Shown piece by piece: positions 1 to 9,452 of a DNA stretch of 64,000 nucleotides; the stretch's first letter is position 1; every line of letters starts with the position of its first letter. The notes below the pieces were generated by a model. That model ran no database searches. It saw nothing but the letters and a program-made list of their open reading frames with translations, and was not told the DNA's origin. The translations under genes and the position numbers were made by a program. The stretch lies in contig JAVBQL010000002.1 in the NCBI GenBank assembly GCA_031549085.1, positions 46,855 to 110,854 of the forward strand, in the 5' to 3' direction. The stretch is from Spirochaetota bacterium. GTDB lineage: Bacteria; Spirochaetota; GWE2-31-10; MWDO01.

Positions 1-362
1 TTATCTTCTATATCTATATTAGAAGGGGGAGGTGTTGTCTCTGGCTCAATATCATCAAAAAAGAGAGAATAGTCTTCATTATTAGAGTTGTTTAAATCTG
101 ACTCTTTTGTCTCTTCATCAGAGGCTCCAGACTCATCTCCAAAAAGGAGATTACCCTCTTTAAGGTCATCACTAACATCATTAAGGAATTCATTGGAAAA
201 CGCATTCTTTTCCTGCTCTTTTTGTCTTATGGCCTCTTTATCAAGCTTTTCGGGAATAGGTGTCATATTAAGATCTTCCCTCTTGCCAGCCTTTATTGAG
301 ATCTCATCACCAAAAGAAAGCAGCTGATTTCTTAAAAAATCTAAATCTTCATATTTAGGCAT
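1..362 (-). CDS. hypothetical acidic protein, N-terminal part (CDS runs off the window start)
   Basis: Minus-strand ATG at 362-360. My manual translation (MPKYEDLDFLRNQLLSFGDEISIKAGKREDLNMTPIPEKLDKEAIRQKEQEKN...) stays open for about 120 codons to position 1. It is absent from the ORF track because no stop lies inside the window. The + strand ORF 88..327 is its antisense shadow. Confidence 0.45.
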   Translation of the reverse strand, partial: MPKYEDLDFLRNQLLSFGDEISIKAGKREDLNMTPIPEKLDKEAIRQKEQEKNAFSNEFLNDVSDDLKEGNLLFGDESGASDEETKESDLNNSNNEDYSLFFDDIEPETTPPPSNIDIED

Positions 363-488
363 ATTGTTCCAACTCTTTTTACGAATCTAATTAATTACTA
401 CTTAAGTTTTTCGGCTAATATCCGATTTTTTAAACATAAAACATAAAAAATTATACATTTTTTGTTTACTTAAAAGTTTGAGGTAAAA

Positions 489-1193
489 ATGTATTCAAAA
501 AGCACTAAACTACTTCTACTCTACATCATTTTTATTTTTGTATCAATAAAAACATTCTCTTTGGAAAGATATATAGATCCTGATCTGCTTAGGACAAACT
601 CCCCTCCGCGCTATTTAGAAGATGGTTTTCTCTTAACACTTCCGCCAAACACTCATGGAAGACCATATCTAAGAATGAACTATGATAACTGGCAGGGGAC
701 ATACTATTTTGAAAAAAGTTTCTATGGTGTTCCATATATAGTTATACCATATGATTTAAACAGTAAAAAATTAATTTATAAAATCAACATAAATGGAGTT
801 TGGTCACTAGACCCTTTAAATAAGAGCGTTGACCTTGATAAGTATGGTACAGAGCTATCGACTCTCTATGCTCCAAATGAATCAAGGTATCTGTTAACAA
901 CCCCTATAATAAAAACTCAACAGGTAAATAGGCATTTAAAAGATGTTACATTCATATATAAGAATATAGAAGCAAAAGAAGTCAATCTAATCATACATAA
1001 AGATAGATGGAATCAATTCTCTAGATCGATGGTATTAAATAGAGACGGATATTGGGAGATCACTCTTCCATTCAACAAAGGCGAATACTACTACTACTTT
1101 TTGGTTGATGGCAATAAGAAAATTGATATAAATAATAGTAATCGATCATATTTTGAGTATCTAAAAGAGCTCTCCGTCTTCTCTATAGAGTAA
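489..1193 (+). CDS. secreted protein with CBM48 / glycogen-binding-like beta-sandwich modules
   Basis: Hydrophobic N-terminal signal (LLLLYIIFIFVSIKTFS). Two segments fit the W..DP.N and G.Y.Y.F.VDG pattern (NINGVWSLDPLN; GEYYYYFLVDGNKKIDINN). A purine-rich RBS (gaggtaaaa) precedes the ATG. Confidence 0.6.
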   Translation: MYSKSTKLLLLYIIFIFVSIKTFSLERYIDPDLLRTNSPPRYLEDGFLLTLPPNTHGRPYLRMNYDNWQGTYYFEKSFYGVPYIVIPYDLNSKKLIYKININGVWSLDPLNKSVDLDKYGTELSTLYAPNESRYLLTTPIIKTQQVNRHLKDVTFIYKNIEAKEVNLIIHKDRWNQFSRSMVLNRDGYWEITLPFNKGEYYYYFLVDGNKKIDINNSNRSYFEYLKELSVFSIE

Positions 1194-1216
1194 TTTCTGC
1201 TTTTTCAATTAAATTT

Positions 1217-3262
1217 TTAGAATAGATCTTGTGGATCAACATCAATTTCAAGTCTATTTTTTGAATTCAGTTTAAAATTTTCTAAAGACAACTTTAGTAG
1301 ATTTTGAAGACTCTTTATTTTTTTTGATTTCATAAGTATGGAGTATCGATACTTATTATTAAGCTTTGATATAGGGGAGGGAGCACTAGGCAAGAGCTCC
1401 ACATCAGAAAACCCATTTTTATCCCTATTTTCATTCAAAACAGAGTATATTTTTTCTATATCAAGAGCAACATCCTCCTCAAGAGGTCCCCTTACAACAA
1501 TATGAAGAAGTCTATAGAAGGGAGGAAATTTTAAAACCTTTCGATATTGAATCTCTTCATTATAAAATTGCTCATAAGAAGATTTCACAGCTGAGGCTAT
1601 TGAGTAGTGTTCTGGGTTGATGGTCTGTATCATAACAGATGACTCACCACCTGCCCTTCCAGCACGGCCTGCCACCTGTGTTACCAGAGCAAAAGTCCTC
1701 TCAGAGGCCTTAAAATCTGGAATATTAAGAAGGAGATCAGCATTGATTATACCAACAAACCTAATATTTGGGAAATCGAGCCCTTTTGCTATAATTTGAG
1801 TACCAACTAATATATCAATCTTACCACCCTCAATGTCAGAAAAAATCTGATAGAGCTCATCTTCATCTCTTATAGAGTCATTGTCTATCCTCTTAATGTT
1901 AGCAAAACTAAAAGCTTTTTTTATCTCATCTTCAATTCTTTGTGTCCCAGCACCAAACATTATTAAATTATTCTTTCCACATTTTGGGCAGCTATTTTTA
2001 AAATCGGAGGAGAATCCACAGTGGTGGCAAATAAACTTATCTCTGTTTTTATGATAGATGAGAGAGACACTGCAATTTGGACAGGAGATAATCTCTCCGC
2101 AATCTGAACATTTTATAATTGTAGAGAAGCCGCGCCTATTTTGAAAGAGAACTATCTGCTCTCTTTTTTGTAATCTTCTATTTATCTCATCTACCATCTC
2201 ACTTGTCATATTTTTAAATGGAGATAGAGAGGAGCTATCCACAACCTCTATATTTGGAAGAGAGACATTGTTGTACCTATTTTTCAGCTCATAGAGAGAA
2301 AAAAATCCACTTTTTGCAAAGTAGTAGGACTCAATACTAGGGGTTGCACTACCTAAAACTAGAGGGATATCTTTCTTGTTTGAAAGCTGCATTGCAACAC
2401 TTCTTGCATGAAACCTTGGATTCTCTAAAGATTTGTAGCTTGATTCGTTCTCCTCATCAATAATAATAAGCCCCAAATTATCAACAGGAGCAAATATTGC
2501 ATTTCTTGCACCAACAACCACCCTCTTTTTGCTATTCAATATATCAATATATTCAGAAAAGCGTCTGCTTTTTGAGAGCCCAGAGTGAAGAATTGCACAG
2601 GTAGAGCCAAAGACCTCCCGCAGCCTTAAAAGCGTCTGATAGCTAATTGTTATCTCAGGCACAAGAAATATTACTCCTTTGCCAGCCTTCAGCGTATCCT
2701 CTATAAGTTTTATATATACCTCTGTTTTTCCAGAACCTGTCACTCCATAGAGATAAAACTTTCTCTTTCCATTTTCTATATCTCTATTGATATTCTCATA
2801 TATCTCTCTCTGCTCTTCTGTTAATATTTTTCTATTATTAATTTCATAGTTTTGTTTGCTCTTTTCTGTGAGCTCATCTACTTTAGAAAGGGTCTCTTTT
2901 TTTGAAGAGGGATATCTAATGCCTGATGGAATCATCATTGACAGAACTTCACCAATTGATGAAAAGTAGTAGTCAGCAATCCATTTTGCCAAATCAATGG
3001 CATCACTATTTATAACAGCTTTTTTATCAATTACTTTTAGTATAGGCTTTATTTCATATGAGTTTTTTTCATTTTCGCTTATCCTCTCTTCTTTAAGGGG
3101 GGCTTTGCCAACAACAACACCTCTCATTTTTCTATTACGAAAATTGACCCAAACACGGCGATATAAGACATCATCAATTTCAAGATCATCAGGCAGTGAG
3201 TAGGTAAATAGTCTATTAATTTTTATAGGAAGTGCAATCTCTACATTTTTATTACTGTTCAT
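1217..3262 (-). CDS. priA: primosomal replication restart helicase PriA
   Basis: Walker A GVTGSGKT and DExx box IIIDEENESSYK. Cys-rich zinc-binding insert CSDCGEIISCPNCSVSLIYHKNRDKFICHHCGFSSDFKNSCPKCG. C-terminal helicase motifs (GTQIIAKGLDFP, QVAGRAGR). The start is moved to the internal ATG at 3262 (MNSNKNVEIALP...), which leaves an 11-nt overlap with the upstream gene. Confidence 0.9.
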   Translation of the reverse strand: MNSNKNVEIALPIKINRLFTYSLPDDLEIDDVLYRRVWVNFRNRKMRGVVVGKAPLKEERISENEKNSYEIKPILKVIDKKAVINSDAIDLAKWIADYYFSSIGEVLSMMIPSGIRYPSSKKETLSKVDELTEKSKQNYEINNRKILTEEQREIYENINRDIENGKRKFYLYGVTGSGKTEVYIKLIEDTLKAGKGVIFLVPEITISYQTLLRLREVFGSTCAILHSGLSKSRRFSEYIDILNSKKRVVVGARNAIFAPVDNLGLIIIDEENESSYKSLENPRFHARSVAMQLSNKKDIPLVLGSATPSIESYYFAKSGFFSLYELKNRYNNVSLPNIEVVDSSSLSPFKNMTSEMVDEINRRLQKREQIVLFQNRRGFSTIIKCSDCGEIISCPNCSVSLIYHKNRDKFICHHCGFSSDFKNSCPKCGKNNLIMFGAGTQRIEDEIKKAFSFANIKRIDNDSIRDEDELYQIFSDIEGGKIDILVGTQIIAKGLDFPNIRFVGIINADLLLNIPDFKASERTFALVTQVAGRAGRAGGESSVMIQTINPEHYSIASAVKSSYEQFYNEEIQYRKVLKFPPFYRLLHIVVRGPLEEDVALDIEKIYSVLNENRDKNGFSDVELLPSAPSPISKLNNKYRYSILMKSKKIKSLQNLLKLSLENFKLNSKNRLEIDVDPQDLF

Positions 3263-4088
3263 TAGCTTGTATATAGTTTTTAAATTTTTTAAGCATTGCC
3301 CAGAGAGGTTTCTTAAGCTCCTCTCTTGCCTCAACATCCCTAGGGTGAAAAATAGTAAAAACTTTTATCCCCTTATAATAGAAGAAATCCTCTCTGTTTC
3401 CAATAAATGAGAATTGTTTTCCACCTAATTGGGTAGCTACTCTCTCTCCAAGGCATAAGATAAACTTTGGTTTTATTATATCAATCTGAACTTCTAAATG
3501 TTTCATGCAACTACTAATAGAATCTGCAGTAATTTTAAGCCTTTTTGGATGGCACTTAATCATATGGGTAAAAAAGAGGCTGCTGCTATCAATAGAGATT
3601 GCCTCTACCCACTTTTTAAAAGCATTTAGCTCCCTGCCATTTAGAGGAAGAGCGCTCTCCTCCTCATAATTTGATGAAACATAGTCGGATACAACAACAA
3701 TATCACTATTTGGGTCACCTGCTCCAGTAACAACTTTTGATTCTGTTGAGAGAGGACACATCTTACATTTTGAAATTCTCTCAGCAAGCTCTATAATCTC
3801 TTTTATCTTTGAACCATCACCTTTTTTATTAGCTCTGTTTGGTAATGGAGATATATTTTTTAAATTTTCTCTATCACTCTTCTCTTTAACGCTATCTTTT
3901 TCTACAATCTTTTTATCAAAAAAATTTTCTCTGTTCCAGAATGAAAAATCTATGGACTCATTTTTCTGGAGAAAACCAATCTCCAAATAGTCTGAATATA
4001 GATTAACAATTCTATAAAGGCTTTTTGCAATTTCAGATCTTTCTATCAAAGATAGCTCCAAAAGATTAAAACTTGAAACATAGATCAA
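3252..4088 (-). CDS. uracil-DNA glycosylase superfamily protein (family 4-like, motif A degenerate) with N-terminal extension
   Basis: CKMCPL...VVTGAGDPNSDIVVV...NGRELNAFKKW...IKCHP...LCLGERVA...FHPRD matches the family-4 UDG layout. The GE(A/G)PG position reads SDYVS. Confidence 0.6.
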   Translation of the reverse strand: MIYVSSFNLLELSLIERSEIAKSLYRIVNLYSDYLEIGFLQKNESIDFSFWNRENFFDKKIVEKDSVKEKSDRENLKNISPLPNRANKKGDGSKIKEIIELAERISKCKMCPLSTESKVVTGAGDPNSDIVVVSDYVSSNYEEESALPLNGRELNAFKKWVEAISIDSSSLFFTHMIKCHPKRLKITADSISSCMKHLEVQIDIIKPKFILCLGERVATQLGGKQFSFIGNREDFFYYKGIKVFTIFHPRDVEAREELKKPLWAMLKKFKNYIQANEQ

Positions 4089-4815
4089 AAGAGGTCGATT
4101 TATTCTTAAAATTGTAGGAGATATTTATATCCATAGGAATCTTAAGTCTCTCTTTTAGAAATCTATTATACTGGTTCACAAGTGCCTTTGCCTGATTCAT
4201 ATTATATTTATATTTACTGCTATAACCAAGAAGAGCACTAAAAACTATCATAGGAACAATAGTCAATACTGATCCTGCAAGAAGTCCAATACCCAAAGCG
4301 AAGAGTCTCTCCTCTGTAACACCCGGAGACGCACTCATCGAAAACAGGTTTGTTGTTCCAGAGACAAGAGAAACCACACCAAATATATCAAGTGCAGCCG
4401 AAATTATCGCTGATGGAATTAAGATCCCCAAGTATATATTATAGTTCTCTGCAATCGCAATCTTTTTGGAGAACTCAGTAGCCCCCATCTCTCTCATAAG
4501 CTCTGATATTTTGGTTTGAGTTCCATTCCCTCTATAGAGAAAATAGACCTCCTCATCTGCAAACTTCTCTTGCAACCCCTCATCACTAAAGCGCTCTCTC
4601 ATTTGATATGAGTATACTTTTACTGATTTTGCTTTATATTCATTTATAGATTTATCTAGGTCAGTCTTTTCAATATCTTGTTTAGGCATGGCTTGATCAT
4701 CAGAAGGAACTATTTCAACTTCTATGTCTCCAAACTTATCTCGCAGTTCATCCATCTCATTGGCATATATACAAAAAGATATAAATAACAAAATAATAAC
4801 AGCTATTTTTTTCAT
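4066..4815 (-). CDS. hypothetical membrane protein with signal peptide
   Basis: N-terminal signal MKKIAVIILLFISFCIYA. Two or three hydrophobic helices lie in the C-terminal half (IYLGILIPSAIISAALDIFGVV; LFALGIGLLAGSVLTIVPMIVFSALLG). It overlaps the next gene by 23 nt. Confidence 0.55.
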   Translation of the reverse strand: MKKIAVIILLFISFCIYANEMDELRDKFGDIEVEIVPSDDQAMPKQDIEKTDLDKSINEYKAKSVKVYSYQMRERFSDEGLQEKFADEEVYFLYRGNGTQTKISELMREMGATEFSKKIAIAENYNIYLGILIPSAIISAALDIFGVVSLVSGTTNLFSMSASPGVTEERLFALGIGLLAGSVLTIVPMIVFSALLGYSSKYKYNMNQAKALVNQYNRFLKERLKIPMDINISYNFKNKSTSFDLCFKF

Positions 4816-4967
4816 AAAATATTTAATCTCCCTCTCTGTTTTTAAGGTAACAGCTTTAAAAATTATCCTATTCGAAAGTTAACTTAAAAACTCGCTGTAT
4901 GGTTTTGTGTGTATGGTTTACAGGCAACATTTAAATTTATGAGGATAAAAATAGCATCAAATTCAAA

Positions 4968-6317
4968 TTAGCTATTTTTTAGGCTATCAAGTCCCTTTTG
5001 AACACTATCTTTAACTTCTTGACTAAATTCTTTTGATTTTAAAATATTCTCAGCCTTTTGATGAAACATTGATAGAGAATCTGCATGGTTTTTACTTTTA
5101 AAAAACTCTTTCCATAGATAGACAAAGCCATCTCTTAGAGCCTGTTCAGATGTGTGTTTAGGCTTAAAGACAACATTGGCACAATTATATTTTTTCCAGT
5201 TGCGAGGCATTATAAATCTATTCTCTTCTTCTATCTGCTTCCAAAAATTTGTTGATGGAAATGGAGTCGCTATAAAAAATTCAGCTGTCTTCACATTAGC
5301 CTTATCACAAAACTCCAAGATAAAATCAAACTGTCTCTCATCTTGAAAATCAAAACCAACAGAGAAAGAGCCAAAAAATCTTATGCCATTATCTTCAAGC
5401 ATCTTAACAAGATCTATTGCCTTTTGATACATTCTTGCGTTTCCTGTATAAAACGCTTTGCTGAAGGGATCGCTTGCAAAGACAGTATACATACTTTTTG
5501 CCCCTGCTTTTGCAATATGTTTTATAAAGTTAGGGTCAGTGTTCATCGCAGGAGAGGCGGAGAGAAACATGTTTAAGTTAAAGTCTTTAACTTTCTCGCA
5601 TAACTCAATCATATAGGTCTCTATCTCTTTTCTCTTTAACATTATCATATCATCAGTTACATAAAACTCTTTCCCTGAAAGCTTTCTCATATCTTCAACA
5701 ACTCTATCCATAGGTCTAAATCTTGTTTTTAAGCCCTGATAGATAGGAATATTACACCAGTCACAGCCAAAAGGACACCCTCTTGTTACAGAGAGAAGCG
5801 ATGCATGCCAATCATACTTATCATCTTTGAAAAGGTTTGGCAATGGGCTTGCTATCTCCTCTGGAGTTGGAAGTTCACATGCTTTATATATTTTCTTTAG
5901 TCTATTATTTTTAAAATCATCTAAAATTGTTGTCCATACAGTATCACCCTCCCCTATACAGAGAGAAGTGCAGTGTTTACTTGCATCTTCACTTGCCATA
6001 GTAGGGTGCATACCGCCCATAATGACAGTTTTACCACGCTTTAAGAACTCATCCCCAAGTTCATAAGCATAGCCTGATTGTGGCGTAAAGTAGCTTATTG
6101 CTATTAGATCGCTATCATCATCAAAATTTATCTCTTCAATATTCTGGTCTTGCACATGCCAAGAGTGCTCTTTTGGAGTTAACCCCGCAAGGATAGGAAT
6201 TCCCATAGCTGGTGGCATTCTAAATGCCCATGTTGCAGCTATCGCTGGAAACTCTGCAAGTTCAGGATAGGTCTCTAAAAATTTTTCAAATTTTGGATAA
6301 ATAAACTTTATTTTCAT
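4968..6317 (-). CDS. B12-binding-domain radical SAM enzyme (class B-like)
   Basis: CX3CX2C radical SAM motif TRGCPFGCDWCNI. The N-terminal Rossmann-like cobalamin-binding-type domain reads DLIAISYFTPQSGYAYELGDEFLKRGKTVIMGGMHPT. The ORF-track start at 6335 is a TTG inside an A-run, so I prefer the ATG at 6317 (MKIKFIYPKF). Confidence 0.85.
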   Translation of the reverse strand: MKIKFIYPKFEKFLETYPELAEFPAIAATWAFRMPPAMGIPILAGLTPKEHSWHVQDQNIEEINFDDDSDLIAISYFTPQSGYAYELGDEFLKRGKTVIMGGMHPTMASEDASKHCTSLCIGEGDTVWTTILDDFKNNRLKKIYKACELPTPEEIASPLPNLFKDDKYDWHASLLSVTRGCPFGCDWCNIPIYQGLKTRFRPMDRVVEDMRKLSGKEFYVTDDMIMLKRKEIETYMIELCEKVKDFNLNMFLSASPAMNTDPNFIKHIAKAGAKSMYTVFASDPFSKAFYTGNARMYQKAIDLVKMLEDNGIRFFGSFSVGFDFQDERQFDFILEFCDKANVKTAEFFIATPFPSTNFWKQIEEENRFIMPRNWKKYNCANVVFKPKHTSEQALRDGFVYLWKEFFKSKNHADSLSMFHQKAENILKSKEFSQEVKDSVQKGLDSLKNS

Positions 6318-6340
6318 AAGGCATCTCTTTTTCAAAAAAA

Positions 6341-6370
6341 AAGATTATTGAAAGATTTATCAATAATCTT
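6341..6370 (-). terminator. intercistronic hairpin (possible partial terminator/attenuator) between ACP and radical SAM genes
   Basis: Perfect 11-bp inverted repeat AAGATTATTGA / TCAATAATCTT with an 8-nt loop. It is flanked by an A8 run (6333-6340) and a T-rich run (6369-6382), so a U-run follows it on either strand. Confidence 0.45.
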
Positions 6371-6390
6371 TTTTCTTGTTTTATTAGATT

Positions 6391-6639
6391 TTAAGATTTC
6401 TTTAGTTTTTTTATAAGTTCAACTGTCTGGTTGATTGTAGCCATATTTGGATACTCATCTTCAGGAATCTCAATATCGTATTTGCTCTCAACTTCAGACC
6501 CAAACTCAAGCATCAACATAGAATCTAGTGATAGATCTGTTATAAAGTTGGCGTCATAATTAACATCCTCTGGTTTTAGATCCTCCGCTATCTCTAAAAG
6601 AATTGTCTTTAGTTCCTCTTTGATATCAGCATCAGCCAT
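6391..6639 (-). CDS. acyl carrier protein
   Basis: 82 aa, acidic, with the phosphopantetheine attachment motif DLSLDSMLMLE. An AGGAG RBS precedes the ATG. Confidence 0.85.
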   Translation of the reverse strand: MADADIKEELKTILLEIAEDLKPEDVNYDANFITDLSLDSMLMLEFGSEVESKYDIEIPEDEYPNMATINQTVELIKKLKKS

Positions 6640-6667
6640 TTGTAAGCTCCTTAAACTTTTAATTATG

Positions 6668-7837
6668 TTATTCTATATTCAAAACCATAGCAGAGTGGTT
6701 ACAACACTCACTGCTAAAGTTTAGCAAAATTTTTTCAAAATTGGAAGATTTAATTTCAAAATTTTTAGTTTCCTCAAATTTTTTCTCTTTTTCAGAGTAA
6801 AAATAGACAGATGGAAGAACCTTAATATCCTTTAATGATGAAGAGACAAGCAACTGAAAGAGAGATGAGGCTCCTATTGTCTCTCCTATGAATTTTTTTA
6901 CTGCAACAATCGGAATCGAAGATAATTTATTTCCGAAAATATTGTAGAAAGCCTGTTTTTCCAACTCATCAAAATAACTATTTCCGTATGCAGAAGAGAA
7001 AATTATATTAATATCATCTATTTTTAAATTTGATTTCTCTATTGAATTTCTAATATTTTTTTCAATACCGCTAACTATATTTGAATCAAAGCTTGAACTA
7101 TATCCAGCCACCCTTGCAATTATAGGAAATTTTGCGTTTTCCTCTTTTTCAAGAAGAACAAATCCTGCTCCCTCTCCAAGAATAGTTCCATTTTTCTCTT
7201 TATTATATGGAAGTATCTCTTCACTGGTTAGAAAATTGTTTAGATAATAACCCAAAAAGGTTTGCATATTAAGCTCTTCAGCACCACCACAAAGTATTGC
7301 ATCTGCTTTATCAGTTAGAAGCTGCATTATAGAGAACTCAATAGCCTTAGCGGAAGATATATTAAAAGATGAAATTGTTGTGCTAGAAGCCATCAAAGAG
7401 TACCAAATGTTAGCTCTGCTTGTTGGACTGTTTAATACTGTATTCGCAAATCCAACAGGATTAATTTTTCTAGGTGTCTTTTCAAAAATTTCAAACTCAT
7501 AATCGGATATAGACTGCAGGCTTCCAAAGGCAGAGCCCACAGCAAGAGCAAGCTCTAACTTGTTCTCATTAAAATAGTCAATTACATCTTTGAAATTGTT
7601 TTGCAGTGCAGATAATATAAAAAGTGTATTACGGTTAAGATTTCTAAGCCCCTTCTCTCCAAGAATTGCTTTTGGATCAAAATCATTCATAACATAGGCT
7701 TGGTTTTTATCATAATTAGCTACGTCAAAAATATTTATAGCAGTTGGACTCTGTTTTATCTGAATATTTTTTAAAAAATCATCTATACCTATGCCAAAAG
7801 GTGAAATAGCACCTCTTCGTGTTATGACTATACTCAT
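6668..7837 (-). CDS. beta-ketoacyl synthase-like protein lacking the active-site Cys (chain-length-factor-like partner)
   Basis: Thiolase-fold homology to the adjacent KS, including a GGAEE block. At the position of TACAAS in the neighbour it reads SSFNIS, so there is no Cys, and no HGTG motif is present. The ATG at 7837 overlaps the upstream TGA as ATGA, which suggests translational coupling. The ORF-track start at 7855 is the alternative. Confidence 0.75.
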   Translation of the reverse strand: MSIVITRRGAISPFGIGIDDFLKNIQIKQSPTAINIFDVANYDKNQAYVMNDFDPKAILGEKGLRNLNRNTLFILSALQNNFKDVIDYFNENKLELALAVGSAFGSLQSISDYEFEIFEKTPRKINPVGFANTVLNSPTSRANIWYSLMASSTTISSFNISSAKAIEFSIMQLLTDKADAILCGGAEELNMQTFLGYYLNNFLTSEEILPYNKEKNGTILGEGAGFVLLEKEENAKFPIIARVAGYSSSFDSNIVSGIEKNIRNSIEKSNLKIDDINIIFSSAYGNSYFDELEKQAFYNIFGNKLSSIPIVAVKKFIGETIGASSLFQLLVSSSLKDIKVLPSVYFYSEKEKKFEETKNFEIKSSNFEKILLNFSSECCNHSAMVLNIE

Positions 7838-9078
7838 AAAGAATTTTTTCCCCACCTTTTTATTATTATGCTTGCATTGTTGCCGCCAAAAGCAAATGCG
7901 TTTGAGAGACAGACAGAAACATCTTTTTTTCTTGCCGCGTTTGGAATATAGTCCAAATCACATTCTGGATCCGGTGTAGTATAGTTGATTGTTGGAGGAA
8001 CAACTCCCTCATTAACAACCTTAACACAGATGGCTGCCTCAAGTGCACTTGATGCTCCCATCAGATGACCACTCATAGATTTTGTTGAGCTAATAAGAAG
8101 CTCCTTTGCATAATCACCAAAGACATTTTTTATCGCTAGTGTCTCAACTCTATCATTCTCTTTTGTGCCCGTTCCATGAGCAGATATATAGCCAATCTCT
8201 TTTTTATCTATATTTGCATCTTTTATCGCCTTCTCCATAGAGGCAATTGCACCAAGTCCATTTTCATGAGGAATTGTAATATCAAAGGCATCACAGCTTA
8301 AGCCATAGCCTAAAAACTCTGCCAATATCTTTGTCCCTCTCCTCTCTGCACTCTCCAAAGATTCCATTATCAAAACAATCGCCCCCTCAGAGACGATCAT
8401 TCCTTTGCGATCTAGTGAGAATGGCTGGCACATCTCTGTTGCCATAGCAAAAATTCTACTGAAGCCACAAAATGCAACTTTTGATAGAACATCTGCACCA
8501 CCAGCAATAACAATATCTGCTGCACCACTATTTATAAGATCAAACCCATAGCCAAAGGCATAGTTTGATGCGGCACATGCTGTTGTAAATGTTGTATTTG
8601 GACCAGTTAACGAAAAGACACTTGATATATTATTAGCAATTTTATCTGCGGGATAGTTCAATATATTTTTAGGATCTATAGATTTGTACCCATTATAGTA
8701 GTAGGCATAATCGACCTTCTCAAGCTCCTGAACATCACCCATAGTTGTACCAATTGCAACACCGATATTGCTTGGAACATCTTTTTTTAGAGTGCCGTTC
8801 TCGATAAGAGAGGCATCTTCCAGAGCCATCTTTGTGGCTGCCAGTGCAAACTGGGAGCAGAGCCCAATACTGTTAAGGGATTTATCATTAAAATAGTTTT
8901 TTATATCAAAACCATCAACCTCACCAGCATAGTGAGAACGATACTCCTCCCCCTCAAACTTTTTAACGCTCTTTATACCGCTTACTCCACTTATGAGGTT
9001 CTTCCAATTTTCATCCATGGTAAGCCCCAGGGGCGATATCGCGCCTACACCTGTAATAACAACTCTCTTTCTATCCAT
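7834..9078 (-). CDS. beta-ketoacyl-ACP synthase (FabF/KS-alpha-like)
   Basis: Active-site Cys context TFTTACAASNYA, the His motifs SAHGTGTKEND and MSGHLMGASS, and the C-terminal NAFAFGGNNAS. Confidence 0.9.
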   Translation of the reverse strand: MDRKRVVITGVGAISPLGLTMDENWKNLISGVSGIKSVKKFEGEEYRSHYAGEVDGFDIKNYFNDKSLNSIGLCSQFALAATKMALEDASLIENGTLKKDVPSNIGVAIGTTMGDVQELEKVDYAYYYNGYKSIDPKNILNYPADKIANNISSVFSLTGPNTTFTTACAASNYAFGYGFDLINSGAADIVIAGGADVLSKVAFCGFSRIFAMATEMCQPFSLDRKGMIVSEGAIVLIMESLESAERRGTKILAEFLGYGLSCDAFDITIPHENGLGAIASMEKAIKDANIDKKEIGYISAHGTGTKENDRVETLAIKNVFGDYAKELLISSTKSMSGHLMGASSALEAAICVKVVNEGVVPPTINYTTPDPECDLDYIPNAARKKDVSVCLSNAFAFGGNNASIIIKRWGKNSL

Positions 9079-9195
9079 TGAGCCTCTATAAAAAACAAAT
9101 TTAATAAGATAATAAGTCTACAGTATACAAAAAGAATCTAAAAAAGTCAAAATATTTTTTATATAGATGAAATAGATGGTAAGGATTATTTCTTT

Positions 9196-9355
9196 TGTCT
9201 ACCATCTCCCCCTGCCCCCATCTTCCTTCAAAGAAAGAGTGGGGTAAGAGATAAAATGTATTAAGCGGAGGGACAACACATAATATAAGTCGACTTTATT
9301 GGTGTAAACGATATAAAATCTTTGTTATATTATGTGTTGTTCCTCTTAAATATCA
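9196..9355 (+). repeat. bipartite hairpin repeat element, copy A
   Basis: TCTACCATCTCCCC box, then an imperfect hairpin CCCCATCTTCCT/AGAAAGAGTGGGG. A long hairpin follows, with arms GGAGGGACAACACATAATATA / TATATTATGTGTTGTTCCTC around the conserved core AAGTCGACTTTATTGGTGTAAACGATATAAAATCTTTGT. Confidence 0.7.
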
Positions 9356-9452
9356 CTATAAACATCATAATTTTATTTTTATTACGCAAGTTCAAAATAC
9401 ATTTCTAGTATTCTATTGGTTTTTATATTATTTGTATAAGCCACTATACTAT

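Noticed and set aside
88-327. 79-aa plus-strand ORF at the window start
   Set aside because: It is Ser/Leu-rich and low-complexity, has no RBS, and is fully antisense to a longer open frame on the minus strand (1..362) that has a proper ATG.
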